From: Escherichia phage Eps7
Length of the DNA stretch: 64,000 bases
Reading direction: 5' to 3' (one strand)
Sequence record: NC_010583.1
Below are positions 36,883 through 49,680 of this stretch, one piece after another (positions within the stretch are counted from its first letter, which is position 1; every line of letters begins with the position of its first letter). Made by a program: the position numbers and the translations under genes. The notes beneath the pieces are model-generated. The model was not told where the DNA came from. It saw only the letters and a list, made by a program, of their open reading frames with translations, and made no database searches.

Positions 36883-39833
36883 TTATGGTAGTTCTGTAAT
36901 TGTTGGAGCATTTCCGTTAAGCATTGATTTTACAAGGTTTTTCAGTTCATATAACTCATTGCGTAATACGTTAATTTCCTCCTGTTGATTATCAATCTTT
37001 GCTTTTTGCTCTTTGAATGCGTTAACAAGAAGTGCGACAACACCATTATAGTTAATGCCTTTGATTGCCTCGCCTTTTGGGTCTAGCTGACCATCGTTAT
37101 TCAAAGAATGAACCGCTTCCGGCAAAACCCTTTCAACATCTTGTGCGATCAATCCAGCCTCAATACTATAAACGCTGTTTTCATCTTCAATTAGATTGTT
37201 GCGCTTGTAGTAAGTATAACCAGTTAGATAATCAATTTTGTCGGATGCCGTTTCGATCTCTTTTAGATGTGCTTTTAATCTAATGTCAGACCTGCTAACC
37301 CAATTTGATGCGCTACCATTTCCAGCACTATCAAAAATAAAGTCAGCGCCCTTAACATAAAGATGTGTTTCAGCGCCGCCAGAAGTCCACGGAACAACAT
37401 CCATGCCAGCTATCCAATCTTTCCCCAATAAACAGATTTAAATATGGCAACCGCAGAATCAAATCCAATGTGCTCAACAAGCAATCCAGACGCACGACTA
37501 CGCCAGTCGGCAAATGAACCACCCTCAACTTGACCAGCAATAAGAGCGTTTGGATCACCGCGCCTAACTCCATTTACATACATACCCCTTGCGTTATCAT
37601 CAACATAAGATGATATGACCCTGTAAGTGTTTATTCCTGATGGAGTCCATGCAAATATTCTCGCTGAATCAGCAAACGCGCTTATGTGACCATCACGATC
37701 CCATTTAAGACCTGAATCATGATCCCCAATTGCTATAGAGTAATCACCAAGAGCCGATTGAGCATCCGGACTTAATAACATCAATTGCCTATCAGATCTT
37801 GCTATCCTGTACCATCCACCCCAAGAGCCAGCACTGCAAATGATACCCCATTTATTACCGTTCATTGCGGTTGCAACAATATTTCCATACTCAACATGAC
37901 CGTTTGCATTTTTACCGTGAACATGCAATTCATACATCCACCAACCAGAGGCTTCAGGTGGTTGATATGTAACAAGTTCTCCGCTTGAGTAATAACCGCT
38001 TTCTGCGTATGTTGACATAAACCCAAGAATGTTTGAATTATTAGGAATAATAATTGCTTGACCACCAACAGGAGTATTTAAGTTCTTTCTTGCTCCAACT
38101 TCAGTATTAGATCCAGTGCCGCCAGCATCAATTGAAAGAGGAATCCATCTTCCAGTTTCATCAGTCCAAACACCCCACGCCGCATCAGGTCTAATTGTGA
38201 TTCGATAAGGTGAGTTACTCCCTGGTGCATACATCATAGTTTCTGTTTCTGTTTGCTTTAAACGATCAATGCCAAAGTTTATTTTTGCGCCCTCAACGTT
38301 TTCAGCACCAGTACCGCCAGCACCAATAGAAAGCGCAGATGTGCTGTTATTGTCATTACGCGCAACGCGCCATTCCCCATTGTTAGCGATCCGTAATTCA
38401 TAAGTCCATGCAGGATTACGAAAAGAATTATAAGCGCCAGCATATTGATCTTTTACAGAATTAACAGCCTCAACTTTTAGCGCCTCCCTTGCAAGGTCTT
38501 TGTTTGCAAGATCATTAAGGTTCTGATCCTTCTTTAACGACGCTTGCATAACCTGTTCTGCTGATGCAGCCGCTGTCTCCGCTCTATCTGCTGCACTGGT
38601 GGCATTAGTAGCTTTCTCTCCTGCTATTGTAGCGCTACCAGCGGCCTCCAGGGCCTTGTCTGTTGCTGTCGTTGCAGCAGTAGTGGCGGTATTTTTAAAT
38701 ACCTCTGCTTCGTCTCTGTAGCCTTTGGTTGTGGTCATCGCTTGCGTAGCTGTATTCGCACTACCTGATGCACTTTGCTGAGCTAGCTTAGCAGCGTCTT
38801 CACTAGCTTTTGAGTTAATTTCACTAGTCTTTGTATTAGTTTCTGAGTTTTTTGCTGCTAATGCTGATGTGGAGGCTTGTGCAGCGAATGCTTCTGCTTC
38901 ATCCCTGAATCCTTTGGAGTCAGAAGCAGAGGCAGCGGAATCAGCAGCATTAGTCTCACTAGTTTTTGCTGCTGCTGCATATGCTGCTGCATTAGTCTCA
39001 CTAGTTTTTGCATTAGTCTCACTAGTTTTTGCATTAATCTCACTAGTTTTTGCTGCAGCTGATGATTCTATAGCAGTAGTTTCACTAATTTTTGCTGCAG
39101 CTGATGATTCTGCAGCTTTAGTAGCGGATGCAGCAGATTGAGAAGCAGAAATAGCAGACTGAGAAGCAGAAGCTTCAGAAGCTTCAGCAGAAATAGCAGA
39201 TTCATTCTCAGAATTCTTAGCATTAAGTTCTGAAGTCTTAGCAGCTATCTCGGAGTCTTTTGCAGTAGTAGCGTATTCTCCCGCCTCTGTAGCAGAACCA
39301 GCAGCAGCAATAGCCTGATTGGTAGACTCAGTAGCAGATGTAGCAGCATTTTGCTCAGAAGTAGCAGCAGCAGTCTTAGCAGCCTCAGCGTCCTTCTTAG
39401 CTTGTTCAGCTAATAGACGACTCTGTTCAGCATTTTGTGCAGCAAGTTCAGCAGAATCACGGAATCCTTTGGATTCCTCAGCTGACGTAGCAGAGGCATC
39501 AGCACTATCTTTAGATAAACCAGCTTGTCTCTCCGCTTCAGTAGCAGAAGCAGCAGATTGAGTTGCAGAAGTTTCTGAAGAGTTAGCGTAAATTGCAGCT
39601 AGGTTCTCCGAGTCCTTAGCATTTGTTTCAGATTCTTTTGCTGCAATTTCAGAATCTTTTGCTGCCGCAGCAGAAGCAGCAGAGGCCTCAACAGCCCCTG
39701 TTAGTTCACTAGCAGTAATAGAACTAATAGAAGTACCTAAAACTACCGTATACTTAGGATATTTACTAGCAGTAGTTGTAGTGTCATCTATGTTCAGAAT
39801 CTGCTGTACAATAATTTTAGTTTTAAGTGCCAT
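36883..39833 (-). CDS. ltf: L-shaped tail fibre (pb1-like) with C-terminal intramolecular chaperone domain, frameshifted
   Basis: Ala/Ser/Thr-rich fibrous repeats, then a Gly-rich globular domain, then chaperone motif IEAGLIAQDVERVLPEAV; frame break at C4/G4 (37423-37426). Confidence 0.8.
38947..39115. repeat. 21-bp tandem repeats inside the tail fibre gene (encoding KTSETNA heptads)
   Basis: ATTAGTCTCACTAGTTTTTGC x3 in tandem at 38990-39052 plus further partial copies. Confidence 0.7.
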
Positions 39834-40255
39834 TATTGAGTTACTCCATCGCTGATGTATACTTTACCTTCCATAATACGGAAAGAATTGACTTCAGAGC
39901 CAATTACATCACGAGTCATTAGGATATCATAATAACCAGCAAAACGTTGTCTTGGGTTATACTTATCACGTTCTTTAGATGCTTTTTCACCAATATTAGT
40001 AGTGTCTGCAATGGAAAGACTAATTGCAGCAGCACCTTGAGCAGCATCAATAACATGAGTTTTAAAATTAGCTAGAACCTCGGCGTTCTCATCTAAACTA
40101 GATTTAATAGTTCCTCTGAGTGAATACCCTGTCAAGTTAACAGGAAATTCTGTTGGCGGATATACGCTATCATCAACATCCATAAATTGCATGATAAGAC
40201 TATAAGGCACTTTCTCATCAACAACAATATCAATAACTCGGTTTTCTGTACTCAT
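39833..40255 (-). CDS. collar protein (T5 p132-like)
   Basis: 140 aa; position between pb4 and the tail fibre gene. Confidence 0.55.
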   Translation of the reverse strand: MSTENRVIDIVVDEKVPYSLIMQFMDVDDSVYPPTEFPVNLTGYSLRGTIKSSLDENAEVLANFKTHVIDAAQGAAAISLSIADTTNIGEKASKERDKYNPRQRFAGYYDILMTRDVIGSEVNSFRIMEGKVYISDGVTQ

Positions 40256-40260
40256 TATAA

Positions 40261-42319
40261 TTACCTTATATGGATATACCCACTATTTAGGTCTATCTTC
40301 ATCTTGTAGTATGCTTCAGGGTTTCCTGATAACGCAGCATTTCTATCGTAGATTATATTAACACCTATTTGTGATAAGAAGGCATTTCCTGCCACAATCT
40401 TATCAGCAGTTACAGTTCCATTAACAATCATGTTGCCATGAAGAACCATTGCAGGGTTAATCCATCCAGCCCCGTTCCATTGACGGGTAAATGCTGTTTG
40501 TGGAGCATTACTGTTAAATTGTGTTAGAACATCGTATTTAACCGGAGGTTTTCCAAAGTTATTTTGAAAGAATGCGTTAGCTTGTCCATCATCCCAACCG
40601 CCTAATCCAGGAATACCCATGGAGTACATCCCAGGACCACGCTGTCCATCATGTCCTATAGTACCTTCAGTACCACTCCATTGAACTACATCAGACCAGC
40701 TAGTACCTTCAAGAAGTTTGTTAGTAACTGGATCAAGTGTACCTGTAGTCGCATAGATATTTTGTGTCATATCTGTACGATTAGGTGGAGTTTTTGACCA
40801 ACCAGGAGGTGGATAATCTTGTTCTAACGGTTTGGCCGGTAAAGATGTTGCTAACTTATAAACAAATACTGTTTGCTTACCTTGTAAACCAGTTCCAATA
40901 TCTACGTCACCATTTGGTGTTCCAATTACTACACCACTAGAAATACGCAGAGTAGTACCATCATAACGTATCCATTGTGTAGCATTACCAATGTCTAACT
41001 TAGCTTTGGCAGAGGTATTATCCATACCCATCCAAATACCAGAGTTATTATCTCCCCAAGATTTACCTTGAGTATAAATTGCTGGATTATCTTTACCAGA
41101 TAAGTTAGTCATGATAAAGTTCGCAGCATTAATATCTCTAGTAATTACTTTACCATCGACGTTAACAACACGATTTATAGGGTCGAAAGAAATAGGTGCT
41201 TTTCCTTCTTCATCTAGCAGACCAATGTTAATAGCACCAGTAGCTGCATCAATTAAGAATGTCTGTCTCCAGATTTCTCCATCTTTCATACTACCCTTAA
41301 TAAAGGCATAGTTAACATCAATACCAGTCTCATTGACAAAACTATTATCTAGAGGAGTATCTTCATTCAATATAAATGTTACAGGAGCTGATTCTGTTAT
41401 ATCTTGCTTATTTGGTCCCCAGGCAATTGATGAAACCTTAAAGGTATGTTCAACTTTCCATGGGAATGATATAATCGTTGCAGCTCTAGCAGCACCCACG
41501 TTTATCTTTTGAGCTTTAGCCCATCCGGTTTTAGCGTATTCCTCGGAGTTTATATAAGTAACCAAGAACTCACGAACGTTAGCACCAGCACCACGTTCCC
41601 ATTCCCACTCAATTCTAACATCATATCGTTCTTTACCATCAGCAATTCGTGCAGCTTTAAAAACAATATCGATAGGTGCAGTAGGTGGAACAAAGTTATA
41701 AGCTACAGTTAGAATATTAGGAAACTCGTAGTATCCTGAAGAATCAACTGTAACACCATCAGGCATAGTTACTTGACCAGATATTCTGATCTTATAGTCT
41801 CCGATAGGAACTCCACCAAATTTAATAGTAGAACCTAAAGCCCCAATATAATATTTAGTCCAAGGACTGTCTTCAGTGGCTGTACTTTTTAACTCAATAG
41901 TACAGTAACTTGCTTCACCAGTTGTTTCCACAACAACTATCGGTGCGCCCACCCCAACATCCACAGGTTCTGACTCAGATCTTGCTGCGACAATTATTGG
42001 CTTCTCTTTTGTTTTAAAGTTAGTTTCATTAGAGAGGTTAATACCAATTTTTGCATTTAAAAGTTCTGAGTCAATAATCGAGTCATAAAAAAGCTCCCTG
42101 AACCTGATAGGTAGTTGAGGGAGTTAAATTATTGATCATAACAAAGAAAGTGTCGATTCCAGTGAAATCTCTTCTATCCACTTCTTCGCCAAGTTTAAGC
42201 CAGAATGATCTACCGATAACATCGTAGTCGGTATAGATAGAATGCTGGATATACGCCATCGTATACCCAGTCATAATACTATTTAAGACCATCTTGGCTG
42301 GTGCATTATTCGAAATCAT
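40261..42319 (-). CDS. baseplate/tail-tip protein pb4-like, frameshifted
   Basis: 78-aa and 567-aa ORFs join into ~686 aa if the A6 run (42087-42092) is read as A5. Confidence 0.7.
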
Positions 42320-45169
42320 TTAAATAGATGCCCAATCCACAGATTGCTCGCCATTATCACCTTCTGCTCTTATACGGAAGCGTAACTTCCTATTAATACC
42401 CAGAGCATCCTCATTATGAAGAGCATAGTCTGCCTTATTGTATATCAGTAGATAATCGTAGACATACTGATCTTCAATTCGTACACTTCTTAATAAACGA
42501 TCTAGGTTATCGTAGATTTCGAGAGTGTAGAAGATTCCATCAATGATATCTTCTTCTGGAATTCTATCCCAGGCCAATTTAACGTCTGGTCCTACAAACT
42601 CCGAAGCATCTCCTGAAGCTGTATTAGTAACCCTGAAGTTACTAACGACGCTTAAGTTTTTAGCAGAGTTAAGTTCTACTGATAATGTTACAGGAGAACT
42701 TCGTCTACCATTAATATCTACAGCTCTAATCTCAAAGACTGCTAAACCAGCAGGTTCTCCAATAATTTCTTGGATCATTCGTAGATTTGGATTAGTTTCT
42801 AGTTGCTGTACGATATAAGGATCAGCATGTCCAGAATGAACGATGGAGTAATAAACAACGTTATTAGTTAAGCTAGGAAGCCAAGATAGCTCACCATTCT
42901 TACCAATAGACCCTACTTGTCCACCTGGTGTTGGTGTATACATAAAGTCTCTAGGAGGCAGTACGTTATTACTAACATCAGGGATATCGTTACCACTATT
43001 ATCAACCTGCTCGGAGTTAATGAATACATCCTCACCATACTCTTGCAGTGTAATATTAATCTTACCTTCTCTAGAGTTTTCAACTTCATCAACTAGGAAG
43101 TATTTCTTATCCCAACCATAACGACCATATGTAAAAGCAACCGGATCGTTAGGCTCAATACCTATGAAATGATATGGTAATGAGAATGTGAGAGTTCGTG
43201 AGTAACGAGATTTTTTCAGTTCTCTATCTGCAAAGCTACGTGCAGTATAATAGTTAGTGATGTTTGCAAAAGAAAGCTGAAGTTTTTTATCTAATCCTTT
43301 ATCTTGTTCTTTAAATATAGAGTTAAAGAATGTAATGGAGTTAGTTTTCCAGCTTAATGCGGGATCTAGTATAGAGGCCTGTACTGAGTTGAATTTATTT
43401 CTGCCAGTAGTATCTGACAATTCCAGATCACCATAGGTATCTAAGAAGTCAATCTCCAGTGGAGTATTCGAGAACTTCTCAACAGTTATTCTATACTGAC
43501 CAGATAAGTTGTTGATAGCACCCCCATAAGACTCTATTAATCCCTGCACGTTTTTAAATACTGACTCAGAGGTATCGAGAATAGTGTTCATTTGAACTAT
43601 TTGTCTATTCTCTCCTACAGCATCAGTCCATCCAACGTATCTCCAGTAGGGTTGCCAAGAAACCTGATAGGATTCATCAATTATATCCAGAATAGCTGCT
43701 TCTTGAATAAGTTGCTGGAGAGGGAACTGATCAATAGTGATATTAGCACCATAGCGATCAGAGGTTAGGTAGTCCAGAGTTTGCCAGATACCATTTAAGC
43801 TAGTCTTATCAGCAGTTACTCTACCATCTGAATGATAGATCTTAATCTTCTTACCTTGAACTTCAGCGCTAACTTCTGGAATTTCTGTTCTGTTTTCATT
43901 AATAGTAAAGCGAACAATAGCGTAAGCAGTATCTAACAGTTTATAACGAGAGTCCCAGTATTCTGGTCCATTCTCATTCATGTTCTGTAGGTAGAAACCT
44001 TTCTCTTTTGCAATGTTAACTAGAACATCCGCAGCAGATTGGTCTGCTTTACCATGATAAGTCCAGATACGTATATCGCCATTACCATCGTTATACCTAT
44101 ATTCCTGTCCATGAACAGAGGGTTCAGAGCTTGATTGACCAGAAGCAATACGTTGCATGGTATCTCCAGCTACTTTCTTAGTACCAAAGCAAGTACGAGA
44201 CTTACTATCGTTAGGATCAATACAGATCATTGGTACATCACCAAAGTAGAAATCTAGAAATCCATCAATCTCACCCTCACAGAAGGCATATACTATATAT
44301 ACGATATTAGGGTTATGCAGCTCAGTATCCGCAAATACGGGGATTCCAGGGATTTTCTGAGTTCCATACACTACTGGAAGGAACTTAGCCGCTAAGTTAA
44401 AATCGATGTCAACTTCCTTAGTCACAGTCTCATAGTATTTCTTTAGGCTATAGCTTCTAGAAAGACCAAATAACTTTTTCTTAGACTGTAACTTGTAACG
44501 TTCTTCCTGAACCTGATACTTAGCGAGAATAGAAATACTTTTATTAGCATGGAAGAATCCGTAGTCCTCTTGATACTCAGGTCGCTTAGCACCATTAGAT
44601 GGAACTAATTGGCCAGCAACAATCTCAAGTCCCCTATGGTCAGCATCGTCTGTGAAACGTCCGTTTACTCTATCAAAGTCGTAAAACTGGTTCGAACAGT
44701 TCCATGTGATAGTGGATGTGCTAATTCCAGAAGTACCAATGTTATCCTTAATACCACCACCAGTGATTTTACCACGGAAGTAAAGTAAAGGACCATTAGT
44801 GTCTGGATCCACAGGAAGAATGTTACCTTCTTCATCAATAACCGCTTGATGGATTGAGATGGATCTATCTAGGAATGATACACCATTTTGGACTAGTTTT
44901 AATACTTCATCCTCAGCAGTACCTGTGATAGTAAAAGAAAGACTACCAATGGAAAGATCTCTATTTTGTTTATGTGTTGTTATAGACTTAACCTTACCGG
45001 ATGTATAAAGAATCCCATTATATCTTACATCTCTAAAATAATCTGTAAGATATATGTAGGCAGAACTTGATCCAGTAGAGCTTGGCAATTCAAGAGTAAT
45101 AAGGCATGCAGTTTTTATTTTATTATTAGTTCTTAAATACTCTCTTGCACTGTCAAGAATTTTCTTCAT
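42320..45169 (-). CDS. baseplate hub protein (pb3-like)
   Basis: 949 aa, immediately downstream of the distal tail protein. Confidence 0.75.
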   Translation of the reverse strand: MKKILDSAREYLRTNNKIKTACLITLELPSSTGSSSAYIYLTDYFRDVRYNGILYTSGKVKSITTHKQNRDLSIGSLSFTITGTAEDEVLKLVQNGVSFLDRSISIHQAVIDEEGNILPVDPDTNGPLLYFRGKITGGGIKDNIGTSGISTSTITWNCSNQFYDFDRVNGRFTDDADHRGLEIVAGQLVPSNGAKRPEYQEDYGFFHANKSISILAKYQVQEERYKLQSKKKLFGLSRSYSLKKYYETVTKEVDIDFNLAAKFLPVVYGTQKIPGIPVFADTELHNPNIVYIVYAFCEGEIDGFLDFYFGDVPMICIDPNDSKSRTCFGTKKVAGDTMQRIASGQSSSEPSVHGQEYRYNDGNGDIRIWTYHGKADQSAADVLVNIAKEKGFYLQNMNENGPEYWDSRYKLLDTAYAIVRFTINENRTEIPEVSAEVQGKKIKIYHSDGRVTADKTSLNGIWQTLDYLTSDRYGANITIDQFPLQQLIQEAAILDIIDESYQVSWQPYWRYVGWTDAVGENRQIVQMNTILDTSESVFKNVQGLIESYGGAINNLSGQYRITVEKFSNTPLEIDFLDTYGDLELSDTTGRNKFNSVQASILDPALSWKTNSITFFNSIFKEQDKGLDKKLQLSFANITNYYTARSFADRELKKSRYSRTLTFSLPYHFIGIEPNDPVAFTYGRYGWDKKYFLVDEVENSREGKINITLQEYGEDVFINSEQVDNSGNDIPDVSNNVLPPRDFMYTPTPGGQVGSIGKNGELSWLPSLTNNVVYYSIVHSGHADPYIVQQLETNPNLRMIQEIIGEPAGLAVFEIRAVDINGRRSSPVTLSVELNSAKNLSVVSNFRVTNTASGDASEFVGPDVKLAWDRIPEEDIIDGIFYTLEIYDNLDRLLRSVRIEDQYVYDYLLIYNKADYALHNEDALGINRKLRFRIRAEGDNGEQSVDWASI

Positions 45170-45780
45170 AGACTTTCCCTCAAGGAAAGTGAAATACCAG
45201 TATATGTACCATTGCTATTTAACGTAGAGCCGAAGCTGTCTCCATTCATTAATTTAGTTCTAAATAGAATACCATTAAATACCGGTTTCTCACTACCCGT
45301 AGTAGTAATGAATAGATCAGGATAAACACTTATATTCCAAGTATTTCCTGCTGTGTTGATAGAAGTGATTTTATACACTTTTGGATGATTGGACAACTTA
45401 AATAAATCTCCTGGTTTAGGCAGTCCACGAAGTGTACCTTTAGTGTCCATAATAACTGTTGAACCTTTTTGTCCAGCAGGAATATTTACAGCACTAGTAT
45501 CACCACGAACTCGGAAAGCCTCATATTGTGGTAATAACACATCAATATAGCTACCTGTTCTTTTATAATCTAGGATGAATGAGTCTAATTTAGCAAATTC
45601 ATCTGGGAATAATTCTGGATAAGAGATATTAATACCCCAATATTGAGCAGACACCTTAACCTCCCTAACTTTACCATTAGGTAATTCATCACGAATCATA
45701 GGGTCATTGTCTACTAAGTTAACGCTTTCAAAACCTAACCCTGATAGCTCTGGGTTCGTGTATGGGTCTGGTAGTCTCAT
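45166..45780 (-). CDS. distal tail protein (Dit, pb9-like)
   Basis: 204 aa, directly downstream of the tape measure; AGAGGAG RBS. Confidence 0.65.
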   Translation of the reverse strand: MRLPDPYTNPELSGLGFESVNLVDNDPMIRDELPNGKVREVKVSAQYWGINISYPELFPDEFAKLDSFILDYKRTGSYIDVLLPQYEAFRVRGDTSAVNIPAGQKGSTVIMDTKGTLRGLPKPGDLFKLSNHPKVYKITSINTAGNTWNISVYPDLFITTTGSEKPVFNGILFRTKLMNGDSFGSTLNSNGTYTGISLSLRESL

Positions 45781-45844
45781 AGTTAATTTCTCCTCTTAAT
45801 AACAATATTATAATAGGATTGGAAAATTTTATCAAGAAATTTTT

Positions 45845-45882
45845 ATTTTTCCATAAAGAAAGGAGGACATAAAGTCCTCCTC
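45845..45882 (-). terminator. rho-independent terminator after the tape measure gene
   Basis: AGGAGGAC-UUUA-GUCCUCCU followed by a U-rich tract on the minus strand. Confidence 0.6.
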
Positions 45883-45887
45883 CAGTA

Positions 45888-48800
45888 TTAAGAATTACCA
45901 AGTGATTTCAGGGTGGTTCCATTCTCATTAAGAGCCTGTTCCACGGCATCCCTGAAAGCAGCACTGTTACTCGAAGCAAAGTCTCGGAAGCTAGCCGCAT
46001 CCATCGTACTGATGTTCAGCACAATAGGCCTACCCGATGTACCCTTTGAAGATCCTTTGAGTTCATCAGTAGGAGTAGCCTTCATCGGAACCATAGGAGT
46101 GATTACTTCGGTACCATGCTCACCCATCTGGTAACTAACTCCAGGGTACATATTACCACCTTCTGCACGAGGTACGAAAGAGTTCGCATTACCAATCCCT
46201 TGATCTCCTCGAATATAAGAAAGTTCTCCTGCGTTAGCCGACATAGAAACGTCTACGTTCTTCTGGCGCTCTCCAAGAGACAAGTATTGAGCTGTCTCAG
46301 TACCCGAGTCTCCAATAGAAGACATACCAGATGCAGAGGATGCTTGTGCAAGAGACAATGCACCTGCAACACCTGCTGCAATCATAAGAGGGATAGACCA
46401 CGGGTAAGGAACAGCTGTTGCTGCTTGCATCACCGCTACTGCCGTCTGAATTATGATCTGCTTCTTAGCTGCGTCTTGCTGGATCTTAACCTTTTCCGCT
46501 TCCAGTTTCTTGAGCTTAGCTTTAGATGCTTCGGATTTACCGTCACGTTTTTGCTCTGCTGCAATAGCCTGGTCAATAGCTGATACTTGATTACTTACTC
46601 CCATAGCAATCATTGAAGAAACCATCTGCATACCTGCCGCCACAGTGCTAACAGTATCTAAAGATCCCTGAGAGAACTGCATCATGGCATTAGTAAGATT
46701 TCCCATACTCTGGCCAACTTCCGTTGCTTGGCTATTTAATGCTCCAAGTTTAGAAATAGCTTCGTCGTAAGAGGCCATCTGGTTCTGCATATCAGCATAC
46801 TTCTTATCATCCCCAGATAAACCAGTCGTAGGAGTATAAGTAGCTCCAACAGAAGAACCTACCTGTTGCTGCATCTGAGCATTACGTTGTGCTGTTAAAG
46901 CCGACATCTGAGCCCTTGTCTTGGCTATTTCAGCATTCCAGCGCATTTGCTCGTTAGCATTACCTTTGGTAAGTTCTTTCATCTTGGTATAAAAATCTAA
47001 CTGCATTTCCATTTTTTTGCATTTCCCCTGCCAGAGGGAACATGGAAGTTAGAGTATTTTCAAAGGCTTCTTGCCTTTTACTGGTCATTTCAGCTTGCTG
47101 GTCTTGGCGGAATTTCCAGATTTCACGCCCTATCTGTGCTTGAGCACGTCTTGATTGTTCAGCTTCTTTCTGCTTATCAGCTTGTTTTGTATACCATTCG
47201 TACTTCTCTTTTTCAATAGTCAATTCAAGATTTAACTGTGCTAGACGATACTGAGTATCTGTCATAGTACGGTTATTTAAGAGAGCTATTTCACGATCAA
47301 CACCAAGAATCTTATCCGTATAGTCCTTAACTTTCTTCTGAGCTTCCATGTCCTGGTTAGTAATTTTGATACGTTCTAACTGAACCTTAGCTATTTCATT
47401 CTCAATTGCCTTGTTACCTTTGTTAGTTTCTAGGACACGCTTAAGAGCTGCTTCCTGTTCTTCTAACTGTTGGATTTCTAGACGTCTACCCGCTTCCTGT
47501 GCTTTCTCTTTATCCTTGGTCTGGTTGTACACTTCGGCAATCTTTTGCTGAACTTCTAGCTGATTTTTAGTCTCATTACTAGTTAATTTTACATAACCAG
47601 CAAGAGCTTGTGAGGCAGTCTTCATCTCACTAAGAGTATTATACCCTAAGTTCAGACTCTTAACATACTCATCAGCATTTTTACCAGTGCCGGCAGATAG
47701 AGACTCAATAGTCTTAATCGTATCCGATAGGGATGCACTAGTTTTAGCCGCAGTATTAGTATTTTCGGCAATGTTCTGGATATCGTTAGCTAAATCACTA
47801 GCAGTTTTCTTAGCCTGATCATATGCTTTCTGCTGTTCCGTCAGTCCTTTCAGAGTTGCGGAGTTAAAGTCATAAACCGCATCAGGGTCATTCATATCCT
47901 TCTGCAGATTAATCTGCTTCTGAAATTCTGGATTAGTCTTAGCAGCCGCAGCACCAGCAGCTTGATACGCAGATTTCCAAGCATTAAGGTTTTCAGTAGA
48001 GTCATCAACTTCTTTACCTAACCTTGCTACCTGTAGTCCCATAGCTGCGGTTTCTTCTACAAACTTTTTGTTAGCTTCGGAAGAACCTATGCGCACTCCC
48101 CCTACTTCAAATCCCCCAGCAGCTAATCCAACAGGCATTCCCTCACCCACTAATCTAATAGCGGCAGCAGTACTAGCATCTGCTTGGGACATACGTTTAT
48201 CAAACTCAGTCTTTAGTTTATTACGCTTATCCAGAGACTCTTTATACATATCAAGAGCTTTATTATATCCTTCCTCGGAAGCGGAAAGACTTAAAGCTAC
48301 AGCACCAACGTTAGTTGGGTCAATCTGACGGTTAGTTTCTTCTTGTGCTCTAGCAGCAGAAGCCGAGATAGATGCTTGAGAAGTATAGAATACTGCGTTA
48401 ATAGAATCAATTACCGGCCCTAAATACTTAGCAGCAGCCTGTTGAACCTTTCTTAGTGCAGCATCAGCGTTAGCAGCAAACTGTTCCCATGGAGTTGCAC
48501 GGAGTACGTCATCCAAGTAGCCGAAACGTTTAGTAGATTCAGCAATTACTGCGTTAGCATATGCTTGTTGCTTTTGGAAAGTGGAAAGACTATTGACGTT
48601 ATATGTGATACCTGTGTTAGCAGCATTTAACTGTTTAACGTAGTCAGCGTAAGCATCATTAAGACGAATAGTAACACCAAGTTCGTCCAGAAGTTCGATT
48701 TCTTGTTTAGATACACCTTTGATTACACGGTTAAGTGCATCAGTCATATCAACACCAAGAACAGCAGCAGCACGACGGGCTACTAGACCAAATTTATTAA

Positions 48801-49599
48801 GTTGTTCAGCATCGAATCCATATGCAGAAGCAGAGGATGCCTGTCTCATTGCTTCTTCGAAGGAGATTGCATAACCAGCAGCCTCTTGTAGAGATCTAGC
48901 TAGAGTTTGTACCGGAGTACCTGTTTGAGTACCTACAATAGTACCGAACTTCTCCAGACGGTTTAACTGGTCACCCATCTTAAGTTGTTCGAATGCAGAT
49001 TGTAGAACGAACACGTTAGATGCGATAGCAGCATACATAAGAGGTAGAGAACCACCAACTTTAGCCATTGCTGCGAAGTCACGAGTAGCACCACGTGCAG
49101 AACCAGAGGTATTACCTAGAGCACGACTAGCACGACCTGCGGATGTGGTAGTATCATTGAAGCCTCTAGTAGTACCCGACAAAACACGGTTTGTATCATA
49201 TAATCTATCTTGAACTTTTTCAGTTGCAGCAGCTACATCGTTACCCATCGCCTTAACAGATTTACCAACATGTGTAAATCCAGACTCTAGCTTATCGGAT
49301 ACCTCAATCATAGCAATAGCAAGGTCATCTAACTTAGCACCAATACTATCCATAGATTTGGTGATACCCATCATACCTCTGCTAGCCTGCATTTTTGTTA
49401 GACTTTTAGCTGCTCTATCCGCCGCCCTCTCAATGGAGTAAAGAGTTTTGGGCATTTTTCCCAACTGCTCGTTAGTCAGTTCGGAAGCGGCAGCAGCATT
49501 TTCTAACGCATCGGAAACGTTCTCAATAGATTTTGCAGTACGGGTTGCCCCTTTCTGCTTTACATCTATAAGTAGTTCTCGTATTAGCTTATCAGTCAT
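45888..49599 (-). CDS. tail tape measure protein (pb2-like), frameshifted
   Basis: long coiled-coil protein; 879-aa and 374-aa ORFs join (~1236 aa) if the T7 run (47013-47019) is read as T6. Confidence 0.9.
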
Positions 49600-49610
49600 T
49601 TATTTTTCCC

Positions 49611-49645
49611 AATAAAAAAAGGCTCTGGGCAAATCACCCAGAGCC
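49611..49645 (-). terminator. rho-independent terminator immediately upstream of the tape measure start
   Basis: GGCUCUGGG-UGAUUUG-CCCAGAGCC followed by U7. Confidence 0.7.
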
Positions 49646-49680
49646 AAGCCTCATCGTGGAACGCCCATTGGAGGAAACTT

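Noticed and set aside
38869-39141. Plus-strand ORFs (38869..39141, 38877..39062, 39319..39561) in the tail fibre repeat region
   Set aside because: Antisense to the tail fibre gene; they arise from the Ala/Ser-rich repeat on the other strand.
46116-46583. 155-aa Cys/Arg-rich plus-strand ORF
   Set aside because: Antisense to the tape measure C-terminus; composition is the mirror image of the Ala/Gln-rich sense frame.
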